A DNA stretch of 64,000 bases. Origin: Fidelibacterota bacterium. GTDB lineage: Bacteria; Fidelibacterota; UBA8477; JABMPR01. The notes below the pieces were generated by a model. It did not search any database. It saw nothing but the letters and a program-made list of their open reading frames with translations, and was not told where the DNA came from. Location of the stretch: NCBI GenBank assembly GCA_024278595.1, contig JAJRSW010000099.1:5573-69572 (forward strand), read 5' to 3'. The translations under genes were made by a program, and so were the position numbers. Positions 22,418 through 32,266 of the stretch are shown piece after piece. Positions within the stretch are counted from its first letter, which is position 1, and every line of letters starts with the position of its first letter.

Positions 22418-25417
22418 CTAAACTCCAATCATAATACTGCCGCCCATGGTCATAACCAGAGCAATTTGAAAACGGGACCAGTCCAACTCCAAGTGATCCG
22501 AGTCCAGTTTGACAGGTGTGTAAATTATTTGGAGGGGGCCTGATTTCCAAACTGGGGAGATACTGCCGATCATCTCCCAATTCTCATCGTTTGGATTGAG
22601 GACCATCCCAATACCGGTTAAGAGATTAAAACTTTCCATTTTGGGTATGTCAACCCTGATCTTAGCCCCCAGTAGACCGGATCCGCTGGGTGTGGTCTGC
22701 AAATCCTCATCGTACAAATAACCAGGGAGTGTATAATAGTTTGGATAGATTATAAGGTGGCCCGGTGTATACCAATCATCATTGCGGGAGAAAATAGTTT
22801 TCTGGCTAAGATCCGGATCAATATCAGTTGAAATATAAAACCGTTCTTGAGCAGGTAGATCTCCATACGAGAAGCCGCCGAACAGGGTGGTCCGAATGGA
22901 ACCTTTCCGGGAATAGCGTTTACGATAGTTAAAATAAGATTGGACCTTAGCGTAGGGCTGGCCTTTGGATTGAACACCCACGAGCCCTCGGGCTTCGAAT
23001 TTCCGAGACCACAAAGTCCTCCGTTTCGATGTTTTGTAGCTGAGGGTTGCTTTGAGGAATTGGTCTGCATCCCATACTTGAGGGTCCAGGTAGCGGAAGG
23101 TTTCATCATTCACCACTACTACCGGATCAGCTAGATCCTGGGCCAGGATCGAAAATTTGATATTTCGATCATCATTAACATAATTATGGTCACGCTTTCG
23201 GAAGTTTGTACTCAGTTCGGCCAATTGATAGTACCAGTCACTGGCCAACCGTGAATGGTAATAGGTCTCCCGACCTGATTGGGGGAAGATCTTCTTGCCA
23301 ACGGAGGCTGTAAATCCAGGAACTTTAGTGATGGGACCGGCGAATACGCGTAGATACCAATCGATCTTCCCCCAGGAGATGAGATTTTTATGATGCAGGA
23401 TCAATCCAGGGGAGATCAGGTCTATTGAATCATACCAGATGTAGGGGATCAGATTGACAACATAGTCAGCCTGGGGATTGATCGCCAGTTGAGCCAGATC
23501 GAAATCGAGCCCCAGTTTTTTATCATTATTGCTGCGGTCGATATCCAGGAGCAACAGATCTGGATCCAATTTCACATTTTGGACCGGGAAATCGGTCTGG
23601 ACTTGGAAGACATCATGATCACCAGTGGGCTGGACCCAGGTCATCTTGCTTTGCTTCGCAGTCTTACCACTTAAACCAATGGGTAGGGGTGGGGCGAAAT
23701 CACCTGAGTTGCTGATTCTGATGGTGGTTTCGTAAGAGCTTCCCCGGGATACTGTATTGTACTCATCCAGCACATAGTCGATCTTGCCGGTTGAGCCCAG
23801 CATATCCTCAAAATACCAGGAGAGGTCCTCACCACTCACTGCTTCAAAAACCCGACGGATATCCTCGGGTTGGGGGTGTTTGTAGGCCCAGTGTCTGAAG
23901 TATTCATGCCAGACTGAATCCATGGTTGCAGCACCCAGATACGCATGCAGAGATTCAGTTGATAGGGCAACTTTTTTGTAAACCATGAGACCATAATTAA
24001 AATCAGAGTAAGCTTCACTATGTAAATTAGGTGCCTGGTCAAGTTGTGGATGGGCACTCATATAATAAGCGAAATCTTCGATGGCGTTTTTGGTCGCATC
24101 TTTGAAAAAATATCTCACTATGGGATACCAGGCAGGTTCTTCATCATGGAGGGCTAACATACTGTCATCCGTATATTTATTTGCCCAGTATTTATTTTCT
24201 GCATAGGAATTGAGGCCCTCATCCATCCAGGGGTAAGCCCGTTCATTGCTGCCGGAAAGTCCGTAGAACCAGTTGTGACCGACCTCATGCATGATGACTG
24301 TCTCCAACATTGGTGGCATATTAGTACTATTGATGAGTGTGATCATGGGATATTCCATGCCACCCCCTGCGGAAAAATCACCATCAACAACTGTGGCGTG
24401 CGCATATGGATATTCCATAAATGAATTTGAATAGAAGGTCAGGGCGTCACTAATGTAGGCGTTTGACAGCCGGTAACTCTTGAGGTTTTTGGGGAGGGCA
24501 AAAGTCCAGGTCTGAGTGGGTTTACCGCTGGAGAGAGTAACCGTATCGAGGAGTACGATAAAGCGTTTGTCAGCAAACCAGGCGAAATCGTGTACGTTTT
24601 CCTGTTTGAATGAGATGGTTTTTAAGGTTGATGAACTGGCAGGTTTCTCATCAATGATGGCTTTCAAACCGGGGAGCTTTGGCTCGGGGTCCATCTGGAA
24701 CGAATCCAGGTAGGTGTTCCCAAACCGGGCCAGGGAATCCCGCCAGACAATCTCAGATGAATCCTGTAAAATACCTGTTGCGGCCACCCGATAATTTTCA
24801 GGTAAGGTGATGGAGACCTCAAAATCACCCCACTCACTATAGAACTCACCCATATCCAGATAGGACATGGGGTGCCAGCCTTTGGCATCATAAACAGCTG
24901 GTTTTGGATACCATTGGGTCAGCTCGTAATGGTGATCAAAATGACCCAGGCGTGACAGGACATTTGGAATCCGAACGGTGAAATCCAGGTCAAAGATCAG
25001 TGTATCACCTGAAGCGAGCGGGTTGTTTAACCGGAATTTGGCCACATCCAGTGTATCCTTGGAACGGTATTCCCATTTCAAGGCTTGATCATTTGCAGAC
25101 ACATTACTGATCTCGATCCAGCCGAATGAGGAATCTGGTAGGAAGTACATTTTGGTTGAGAATTGATTGAATTTTTGTTTGGCCAGGGCAGTTTCATTGT
25201 TCTTGTAGGCATTAGGCCAAAGGTGCATCCAGATAAAATCCAGATCATCCGGGGAGTTATTGATATAGGTGATAGTCTCGGTTCCGGTGACCTGATGCAG
25301 CGAATCGATGAGGGTCACATCCAGATCGTAAATGACCTTTTGCTGCCAATAGTCAGCCATTAATACTCCCGGAAAAAGCAGCAGCGTAAGTGTTAATAGC
25401 TTGATCTTAATTTTCAT
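22418..25417 (-). CDS. Secreted M1-family zinc metallopeptidase with long C-terminal extension
   Basis: Signal peptide; GGMEYP; HEVGHNWF...WMDEG. Confidence 0.9.
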   Translation of the reverse strand: MKIKIKLLTLTLLLFPGVLMADYWQQKVIYDLDVTLIDSLHQVTGTETITYINNSPDDLDFIWMHLWPNAYKNNETALAKQKFNQFSTKMYFLPDSSFGWIEISNVSANDQALKWEYRSKDTLDVAKFRLNNPLASGDTLIFDLDFTVRIPNVLSRLGHFDHHYELTQWYPKPAVYDAKGWHPMSYLDMGEFYSEWGDFEVSITLPENYRVAATGILQDSSEIVWRDSLARFGNTYLDSFQMDPEPKLPGLKAIIDEKPASSSTLKTISFKQENVHDFAWFADKRFIVLLDTVTLSSGKPTQTWTFALPKNLKSYRLSNAYISDALTFYSNSFMEYPYAHATVVDGDFSAGGGMEYPMITLINSTNMPPMLETVIMHEVGHNWFYGLSGSNERAYPWMDEGLNSYAENKYWANKYTDDSMLALHDEEPAWYPIVRYFFKDATKNAIEDFAYYMSAHPQLDQAPNLHSEAYSDFNYGLMVYKKVALSTESLHAYLGAATMDSVWHEYFRHWAYKHPQPEDIRRVFEAVSGEDLSWYFEDMLGSTGKIDYVLDEYNTVSRGSSYETTIRISNSGDFAPPLPIGLSGKTAKQSKMTWVQPTGDHDVFQVQTDFPVQNVKLDPDLLLLDIDRSNNDKKLGLDFDLAQLAINPQADYVVNLIPYIWYDSIDLISPGLILHHKNLISWGKIDWYLRVFAGPITKVPGFTASVGKKIFPQSGRETYYHSRLASDWYYQLAELSTNFRKRDHNYVNDDRNIKFSILAQDLADPVVVVNDETFRYLDPQVWDADQFLKATLSYKTSKRRTLWSRKFEARGLVGVQSKGQPYAKVQSYFNYRKRYSRKGSIRTTLFGGFSYGDLPAQERFYISTDIDPDLSQKTIFSRNDDWYTPGHLIIYPNYYTLPGYLYDEDLQTTPSGSGLLGAKIRVDIPKMESFNLLTGIGMVLNPNDENWEMIGSISPVWKSGPLQIIYTPVKLDSDHLELDWSRFQIALVMTMGGSIMIGV

Positions 25418-25487
25418 TGGGTCTCCATTATTATTCAGGCATAATTACCCATAAGACCTATGCCAGAATACTGAATACAAGACGATC

Positions 25488-25667
25488 TACCCTGCATTAT
25501 TCATGAATTATTGCCACGAAGACACCAAGCCACGAAGATTATTAAAGTTATGAACAGGGTCATTTTAAACAGAATTATTTGCATCTGTGAGTGATAGTTT
25601 TTACTAAGCATATATTTTTTAGAACTTTGTGCCTTCGTGACTTAGTGGCTATGAATTATTCAGGTTA
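25488..25667 (-). mobile_element. MITE family A, copy 1 (~180 bp)
   Basis: Near-identical reverse complement of 55703..55882; TIR-like ends TA(A/C)CCTG..T.ATTCA. Confidence 0.85.
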
Positions 25668-25730
25668 ATTTAATCTAACTTTTCATTAAAACATCTTTGA
25701 ACTTGTCATTTGTAAGGCTATATAATTATC

Positions 25731-25793
25731 ATGAGACAATTTACGTCACATAATCGCTATAATGCCTCCATGAGTGCATGTTGTATGGCCTAG
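25731..25793 (+). CDS. Putative Cys-containing leader peptide MRQFTSHNRYNASMSACCMA upstream of cysE-cysK
   Basis: 20-codon ORF with tandem TGT TGT codons, located just after TTGAAC/TATA(A)T-like boxes and ending 56 nt before cysE. Confidence 0.55.
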   Translation: MRQFTSHNRYNASMSACCMA

Positions 25794-25849
25794 GCCAATC
25801 AGCAGCGCATACATAGTTTAAATAACTCCTAAATAAAAGAATTTAATAA

Positions 25850-26683
25850 ATGAATGCCTCATTTGTAAAAATGTTAAAACATATCAATTCCAGCAACTGT
25901 TTAGATGTCCCACCCATCAGGGATACTATCGCCTTCACTGATGATCTAGTCCATCTGCTATTTCCCATCATGGAAAATCATCAGATGGAATTGTCAGAGG
26001 TTCAGCAACAGTTTGAAAGTATGCAGGTGCGACTAAACGTGCTCATGCAACCCCTGAAAATAGACAACGAGTCTCCTGTAGAAAAAATTGTTCAAGATAT
26101 TTTTGAGGAAATTCCACATATGTACCAGATATTGGTAGAGGATGCCAACATCTTTCTAGCATCTGACCCTGCTGCCTGTTGTCTGGAAGAAGTTGTCATT
26201 TGTTACCCGGGTTTCTATGCTCTCACTATTCACCGCCTGGCACATTCACTTTACACTCGGGGTATCCCCTTATTACCTCGCGTGATGAGTGAATATGCCC
26301 ATGGAAAAACAGGCATTGATATTCATCCAGGTGCTCAAATTGGTCGCCGCTGCTATATCGATCATGGTACAGGAATCGTAATTGGTGAAACAGCCGTAGT
26401 CGGAGATAATGTAAAAATCTATCAGGGTGTAACATTGGGAGCCACCTTTGTTGAAAAGCGTTTAAAACATACCAAGCGTCATCCAACCATTGAGGATAAT
26501 GTTATTCTCTATGCTGGAAGCACAATTCTCGGAAAAAGCACGGTTATCGGTCACGATACAATCATTGGCGGAAATGTCTGGCTGACAGAAAGTGTTGCAC
26601 CAAATTCTGTTGTCTATCGCCAGCAGGAATCGGTTATCCGCGATAAAGGGAATGAATCTACCCCAATCAATTGGGTCATATAA
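25850..26683 (+). CDS. cysE: Serine O-acetyltransferase
   Basis: DPAA, YPGFYA, TGIDIHPGA.IG, IDHGTGIVIGET, YQGVTLG, KRHPTI. Confidence 0.93.
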   Translation: MNASFVKMLKHINSSNCLDVPPIRDTIAFTDDLVHLLFPIMENHQMELSEVQQQFESMQVRLNVLMQPLKIDNESPVEKIVQDIFEEIPHMYQILVEDANIFLASDPAACCLEEVVICYPGFYALTIHRLAHSLYTRGIPLLPRVMSEYAHGKTGIDIHPGAQIGRRCYIDHGTGIVIGETAVVGDNVKIYQGVTLGATFVEKRLKHTKRHPTIEDNVILYAGSTILGKSTVIGHDTIIGGNVWLTESVAPNSVVYRQQESVIRDKGNESTPINWVI

Positions 26684-26694
26684 GGAGCTGTTAA

Positions 26695-27606
26695 ATGAAA
26701 ATAGATAATATATTGGGAAGCATTGGTAACACCCCCCATCTAAAATTAAATCGACTTTATCCTCAAACGCATGAAGTATGGATCAAATTAGAGCGGGCTA
26801 ATCCCGGAGGAAGCATTAAGGATAGAATTGCCTTAAGCATGGTGGAAGCAGCAGAGAAGGCAGGTGACCTGAAGCCAGGGTCGGTAATTATTGAGCCCAC
26901 CAGCGGCAACACCGGAATTGGACTTGCTATGGTAGCTGCTGTAAAAAACTACCGCGTTATTTTAGTTATGCCTGAATCTATGTCAGTGGAGCGTCGCAAA
27001 CTCATGTCTGCTTATGGTGCTGAATTTGAACTCAGTCCAAAAGAGCAGGGAATGAAAGGAGCGATTGCCAGAGCAGAGGAACTTCAGGCCAATATTCCCA
27101 ATGCCTGGATTCCTGGTCAATTCGAAAACCCCGCCAACCCCCGTATTCACTATGAAACGACTGCCAAAGAAATCCTGGCCGATTTTTCCTCAGGACTGGA
27201 CTATCTCATTACCGGTGTGGGTACTGGAGGACATATTTCAGGTGTTGCCAAGGCGCTAAAGGAAAAACTTCCGTACCTTAAGGTCTTCGCAGTTGAGCCG
27301 GAATTGTCATCTGTAATTGGTGGTGGCAAACCTGGACCACATCCCCTGCAGGGTATCGGTGCTGGATTTATCCCTGACAACCTGGCAGTTGAGTTATTGG
27401 ATGGCAGTATTCAAGTCAGCAAAGAGGAAGCCTTTAATTTCGCTGTCCAGGCAGGTAAGCAGGAAGGTTTATTTTGTGGCATCTCCACTGGAGCGAGCCT
27501 AGCTGCGGTGCATCAGAAACTGGAAAATATTGAACCTGGTGCCACTATTCTTACTTTCTGCTACGACTCAGGAGACCGTTACCTGTCAGTAGAGGATCTG
27601 TACTAA
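26695..27606 (+). CDS. cysK: Cysteine synthase A
   Basis: [42 protein letters not shown]. Confidence 0.95.
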   Translation: MKIDNILGSIGNTPHLKLNRLYPQTHEVWIKLERANPGGSIKDRIALSMVEAAEKAGDLKPGSVIIEPTSGNTGIGLAMVAAVKNYRVILVMPESMSVERRKLMSAYGAEFELSPKEQGMKGAIARAEELQANIPNAWIPGQFENPANPRIHYETTAKEILADFSSGLDYLITGVGTGGHISGVAKALKEKLPYLKVFAVEPELSSVIGGGKPGPHPLQGIGAGFIPDNLAVELLDGSIQVSKEEAFNFAVQAGKQEGLFCGISTGASLAAVHQKLENIEPGATILTFCYDSGDRYLSVEDLY

Positions 27607-27823
27607 TTTACAAGCGAGTGTCCAGTCACCCCTGCAGTGTGTGAAAAGTCGCAGGTGTTTTTGATTGAGAACAAGTCGGATACCGTCAGCAACAAAAAGA
27701 GCATGACCTGTACTCTGCGACGGGTGGCGAGGCTTGGTTGTGTCTATTAAACTGGCACGAGTTAACCGTATTATACCTATCGGTTCAATTGTAAGCTAGA
27801 TTCGCTCTGGTTGGCCAGTCTGC

Positions 27824-28624
27824 CTACAAGCGGTGCTTAAAATGACTGATCTCTCTGATCAGTTGAGGATGCACCTGGGGATTAGCAGCAATAATATGAC
27901 CCAGCTCCAAATCCAATTCTGCACCCAGCGGACCAGATATCGTTCCGCCGGCTTCAGTGACTAATAGTGCTCCAGCAGCGATGTCCCAGGGTTTGAGACT
28001 AAATTCCCAAAGGCCATCCAGGCGTCCACAGGCCAGCCAGGCGATATCTATGGCTGCTGCGCCGGCCCGTCTCAAACCTTGAGTCTTACCATAGATGGAT
28101 GTCCATAATTCCATATTCAGTTTAAAATAATCATCATTAAAATAGGAAAAACCAGTGGCCAGGAGGGAATGGGACAGATCCTCGGTCTTGCTCACATGGA
28201 TCGTTTGACCATTTAGCAAGGCTCCCCGGTTCCGTCCAGCTACAAACAGCTCATCCCGATTGGGGTCATAGATCGCTGCCGCTGTGAGTTGGCCCGCAAA
28301 CTGGATACCCACTGAAACAGCATAGACTGGAAACTTGTGGACAAAATTTGTGGTTCCATCCAGCGGATCGATGATCCAGCAATATTCTGAATCGCTTACG
28401 GCTGACTGGCCCCCTTCTTCTGCCAGGATATTATGGTCAGGATATCTTTTTCGAATTTCTGAAATGATATATTTTTCTGAAGCCTGATCAACCTCGGTGA
28501 CCATGTCGCGGGCACTTTTGTAGGATATGGTCCTTTGGTTGGCACTTAGTTTCTTGATGAGCAACCCAGCCGCTTTGGCAATCTCACCAGCATCGATTAT
28601 CAGTTGGTCGCGGAGTTTGTCCAT
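27824..28624 (-). CDS. suhB: Inositol monophosphatase family protein
   Basis: DMVTEVD, EE, WIIDPLDGTTNF, RRAGAAA, WDIAAG. Confidence 0.9.
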   Translation of the reverse strand: MDKLRDQLIIDAGEIAKAAGLLIKKLSANQRTISYKSARDMVTEVDQASEKYIISEIRKRYPDHNILAEEGGQSAVSDSEYCWIIDPLDGTTNFVHKFPVYAVSVGIQFAGQLTAAAIYDPNRDELFVAGRNRGALLNGQTIHVSKTEDLSHSLLATGFSYFNDDYFKLNMELWTSIYGKTQGLRRAGAAAIDIAWLACGRLDGLWEFSLKPWDIAAGALLVTEAGGTISGPLGAELDLELGHIIAANPQVHPQLIREISHFKHRL

Positions 28625-28674
28625 ATAACCTCAAATAAGTTTTTGTTCGCGTCGGCCAGACAGTGATTTAGGTC

Positions 28675-28762
28675 CATTGCACCCAGCCCCAGCGGCTGAG
28701 TTCAGCCAAGCCAGGCACTATGGTGGCAGGGGAGCTGACATTATGGTAAAGCTCAATGTCCT
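28675..28762. repeat. REP-like palindromic element, family C copy 1
   Basis: Shares CCCC.GCGGCTGAGTTCA..C.AAGCCA...GGCAGGGGAGC.GACATT...GCTCA.TGTCC with 30455..30581. Confidence 0.65.
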
Positions 28763-28770
28763 AACAATTA

Positions 28771-30345
28771 TCATTTATAGGGCACATGCTTCTCAGCGAA
28801 GTATTCATTGGTCATGGTCTTGAGTTTACGCGACAAAAGGATAATAGCCAGCAAGTTTGGCAAGGTCATAAATCCCAGCGCAGCATCTCCAAATTTCCAG
28901 ACGGCATCCAAGCCAGCAATTCCTCCCAGGAAAACGAAGAAAACATAGACATAGCGATAGGGCATGATAGCCTTGGCTCCAAACAGATATTCTGTGGAGC
29001 GGTCACCATAAAAAGACCAACTGATGGCTGTTGATAAGGCAAATAGGAGAATAGAGACGGTGATGATCTTATCACCCCAACTAATCAGCCAACTCAACCC
29101 TTCCTTAAAGGCGTAGGAGGTTAGCAGGCTGCTATTCATCAGCTCTTGTCCCTCAAAAACGCCAGCGGCAATGATGGAATCAGCCAGAGTTACATCCTGG
29201 ACCGTGATCCGGACAAAGAATTCTGTGTGTTCCCAGGCACCTGTGGAGATGATGGCCAGCCCCGTAAGCGTACAGATCAAAATGGTGTCAATAAATGGCC
29301 CCAACATAGCTACTGCACCTTCACGTACCGGATAATTGGTCTTGGCGGTCGAATGGGCGATAGCTGCACTTCCCTGACCGGCTTCATTAGAGTATAGTCC
29401 CCGTTTGATACCATGGAGCATGACCAGCAGGACGCCGCTACCTACACCACCAGCCATGGCCGGCGGGTTGATCGCCATGGTGAAGATCAGGCCAAAAGAT
29501 TCTCCCAGCTTGTCAAAATTGGCGAGGAGGATAAGGAGGGCTGCAAAAACGTAGACCCCAGCCATGATAGGTGCCAGATAACCAGTTACCTTGCCAATTC
29601 GCTTGATGCCGCCAATAATGACCATCCCTACCAGGAAGGCCATGATCAGACCATTCATGATCTGTTGAATGGACACTTCAAAGCCCTCAAAGATCAGGTG
29701 TTTTAGGGTAAGCCAATGGGTGGTGCCGACGACCTGGGTTACTTCCGAATAGATCTGATCCGACACCGTAAATGATTGGATGGCATTTCCGGTCGCCATG
29801 GAACAGATCACTGTAAAAGCGGCGAAAGCAACGGCCAGCCAACGCCAATTCTGCCCGAGACCATTTTCAATGGTATACATGGGACCACCGGCGGTGTTAC
29901 CATTTACATCCATTTCGCGGTATTTCACGGCCAGGGTGCTTTCAGCAAATTTGAGAGTTGTCCCAAAGAAGGCTGTGATCCACATCCAGAGCAGGGCACC
30001 GGGACCCCCATAATAAAGTGCGATGGCCACACCAGCGATATTACCAATTCCTACTGTGGCAGACAGAGCTGTTGTCAGCGCCCTGAAATGGTTCAGATCC
30101 CCCTCATCATCTGGATTATCATAGATGCCCATGGTGACCTGGACGCCGTGCCAGAAGCGTTTGATCTGGGGAAATCCCAGATAAATAGAGATGTAGATCC
30201 CAGTTCCCACCAGAGCCAGGACCATAAATGGAACTGCTCTTGCGGAGGGAAAAGACCAGATCGCATCAAAGAAATCAATCCCGAATGAATACAGGAAAAA
30301 GGCAATAAGTGCAAATGCAAGTATACCGGCAGTAGATCGTTTCAT
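28771..30345 (-). CDS. Alanine/glycine:cation symporter (AGCS family)
   Basis: ATVGIGNIAGVA, GGPGALLWMW, GGPMY, RGLYSNEAGQGSAAIAH, IDT..ICT.TG. Confidence 0.93.
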   Translation of the reverse strand: MKRSTAGILAFALIAFFLYSFGIDFFDAIWSFPSARAVPFMVLALVGTGIYISIYLGFPQIKRFWHGVQVTMGIYDNPDDEGDLNHFRALTTALSATVGIGNIAGVAIALYYGGPGALLWMWITAFFGTTLKFAESTLAVKYREMDVNGNTAGGPMYTIENGLGQNWRWLAVAFAAFTVICSMATGNAIQSFTVSDQIYSEVTQVVGTTHWLTLKHLIFEGFEVSIQQIMNGLIMAFLVGMVIIGGIKRIGKVTGYLAPIMAGVYVFAALLILLANFDKLGESFGLIFTMAINPPAMAGGVGSGVLLVMLHGIKRGLYSNEAGQGSAAIAHSTAKTNYPVREGAVAMLGPFIDTILICTLTGLAIISTGAWEHTEFFVRITVQDVTLADSIIAAGVFEGQELMNSSLLTSYAFKEGLSWLISWGDKIITVSILLFALSTAISWSFYGDRSTEYLFGAKAIMPYRYVYVFFVFLGGIAGLDAVWKFGDAALGFMTLPNLLAIILLSRKLKTMTNEYFAEKHVPYK

Positions 30346-30454
30346 GAAAAACCCTTCTGTGAATCAAATGTAGTAGAATTACGTGGGCTTATTTTAAAGC
30401 TGATGTGAGCTGGAAAAAGGAAAAATTTATATCAATTGTAGTTCTGGCGAGTCA

Positions 30455-30581
30455 GGCTCAATGCATTTTTACCCCGGCGGCTGAGTTCACCGAAGCCAAT
30501 GGGTGCACTGGCAGGGGAGCGGACATTGCGGTGAGGCTTCGCCTTTCATGCGACGCCCTGACTGGCCAGGCTCAGTGTCCT
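30455..30581. repeat. REP-like palindromic element, family C copy 2
   Basis: Similar to 28675..28762; both lie just after the stop codon of a minus-strand gene. Confidence 0.65.
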
Positions 30582-30582
30582 T

Positions 30583-31911
30583 TTATCTGATCAAATTAAG
30601 TTTAATGACTGATTCCCCTGAGGCAGTGCTCAAAACGGCAAGGTAGATGCCGCTGGGTGCTAATTGACCAGAGCTATGGGTGCCGTTCCATTGAAGTTTG
30701 TATTTTCCCTGGTCCAACTTCGAATTCAGGAGGGCCTTCACCAACTGACCCTGAACATTATAAATCCTCAATGCTGTCTGACCGGCTACATTCAACTTAA
30801 AAGGAATGCTGGTACTGGGATTAAAAGGGTTGGGGTAGGCGTTACCCAGAATCATTGACACAGGTAACTCAGGCTCATCGGACAGTGCAACCACGTCGGG
30901 GTTATAGTAGACAAAGTCTCCCGGAAGGGCACCCACATTGAAACTACCCAATTCCTGTCCATTTATTGAAAATACCTGAACCAGATCCGGTGCAACAAAG
31001 TCACTGGATCCAATAATAAGGTGATCATTGAGCGCAACAAAAGCGTACATATTGGAGAAATCTCCCATACTGGCAGATGTATTGATATCAAGATCGTCAT
31101 TGAGCAATACCAGTGTATTGCCATAGGGGCGGTAGGGAGTACCGTTAACAATTTGGATATCCGCTGTGTAGTTCGTGTAGTAGCCATGATCCACTGCCAG
31201 GATGTCACCAGTGAGGAGATCGATCCGTGAAGTTCCAGAAAAAGTCTCCCAGGCATCGTTATAGTAAAGGGATGTAACGAACAGGTCATTCTCGGTTAGA
31301 GCCATGGAACCGGGACCATCAATGACTTGGTAACTCTCCACGACTGAGGGTTCCGGAGCACTTATATCCAACTGCAGAACTTGATTATTGGCTGTCCAAT
31401 CCAGGTGCATGGTCATGGAGACGAAAAGTTTATCATCATCGATCAACAGTTGCTCAGGGAGTCCGCCTAACAGGCAGGTATCAACCACTGTATCAGTGCT
31501 GAGATCAATGATCAGCAATCCTGCTAAATTCCAACTACTGACAAAAGCACGCGCCATTGAAGGCTGAACTGCCATGTAACGCGGGCTGGTGTTAGGAACA
31601 TCAATATCGCCCACATGGGTCGGTCCGTTTTCAAGGTTCAGAACCCGGATCTCATGGGAGTTGTTCATGATAATATATAATTTGTGTCCGTAGAGTGTGA
31701 GCGACTGCCCCACATCACCCAAAGGATTGGTACTGGTGTTCCAGACCAAAGGACCTTCTGTGCCGGATAAGTCATCATTGATGGACCACAACGCTGAGTT
31801 TGCCTGACCGTAATTTCCTTCGCAGAGCGTATAGTATTCTCCGGCCACGACTGGAGTTGTAATTAGCATGAGGATTAGTGTTGCCATTAGCATGGGGCTT
31901 GTTGATTTCAA
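30583..31911 (-). CDS. BtuG/YncE-like beta-propeller (probable B12-binding) with C-terminal FlgD-Ig/T9SS-type sorting domain
   Basis: EGNYG..N, LGDVGQS, LYIIMNNSHEI, SPRYM; C-terminal NAYPNPFNPST...IYNVQGQLV...WNG...SGIY; lies downstream of btuB-like gene. Confidence 0.75.
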   Translation of the reverse strand: MKSTSPMLMATLILMLITTPVVAGEYYTLCEGNYGQANSALWSINDDLSGTEGPLVWNTSTNPLGDVGQSLTLYGHKLYIIMNNSHEIRVLNLENGPTHVGDIDVPNTSPRYMAVQPSMARAFVSSWNLAGLLIIDLSTDTVVDTCLLGGLPEQLLIDDDKLFVSMTMHLDWTANNQVLQLDISAPEPSVVESYQVIDGPGSMALTENDLFVTSLYYNDAWETFSGTSRIDLLTGDILAVDHGYYTNYTADIQIVNGTPYRPYGNTLVLLNDDLDINTSASMGDFSNMYAFVALNDHLIIGSSDFVAPDLVQVFSINGQELGSFNVGALPGDFVYYNPDVVALSDEPELPVSMILGNAYPNPFNPSTSIPFKLNVAGQTALRIYNVQGQLVKALLNSKLDQGKYKLQWNGTHSSGQLAPSGIYLAVLSTASGESVIKLNLIR

Positions 31912-32004
31912 TTTGGGGTTCCTTTGGTAAGTTTATGAGTTCTGTGGTTGTGGGGTCGGTTTGGTGATGCTGACTTATAACCCGTTGGTTCCTGATATTC
32001 AAAA

Positions 32005-32252
32005 TTGACGCCCCCGCAGAAAGTCCCTCTCGCAGAGGCCGCAGAGCGTTGCATTGAGTCCTTCGCTGAGCTCAGGAACCGCCCTTCGACAGAGCTCAGG
32101 GACCGCCCTTCGACAGAGCTCAGGGACCGCCTGTCGAAATGACGCAGAGTGTTGTTATTTATAGGTTTAGGCGTATTTGACATAAGTAATTGTATTTATT
32201 ATACATAGAGCATATTCCGTGCTTTTCCAAATACTTTTTGCGAGGTCATCAC
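32005..32252 (+). mobile_element. MITE family B, copy 1 (3 internal 24-bp units)
   Basis: TTGACGCCCCCGCAGAAAG ... CTTTTTGCGAGGTCATC ends; homologous to copies at 40179, 43515 and 45078. Confidence 0.85.
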
Positions 32253-32266
32253 AATTACCCCCAACA

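Noticed and set aside
30346..30582. Glycine riboswitch upstream of the AGCS symporter
   Set aside because: No GGAGA/CCGAAG/CTCTCAGG aptamer pattern; the structure present is the family-C repeat.
31908..32183. 91-aa ORF with RSLSSVEG repeats
   Set aside because: Translation of MITE family B on the other strand.
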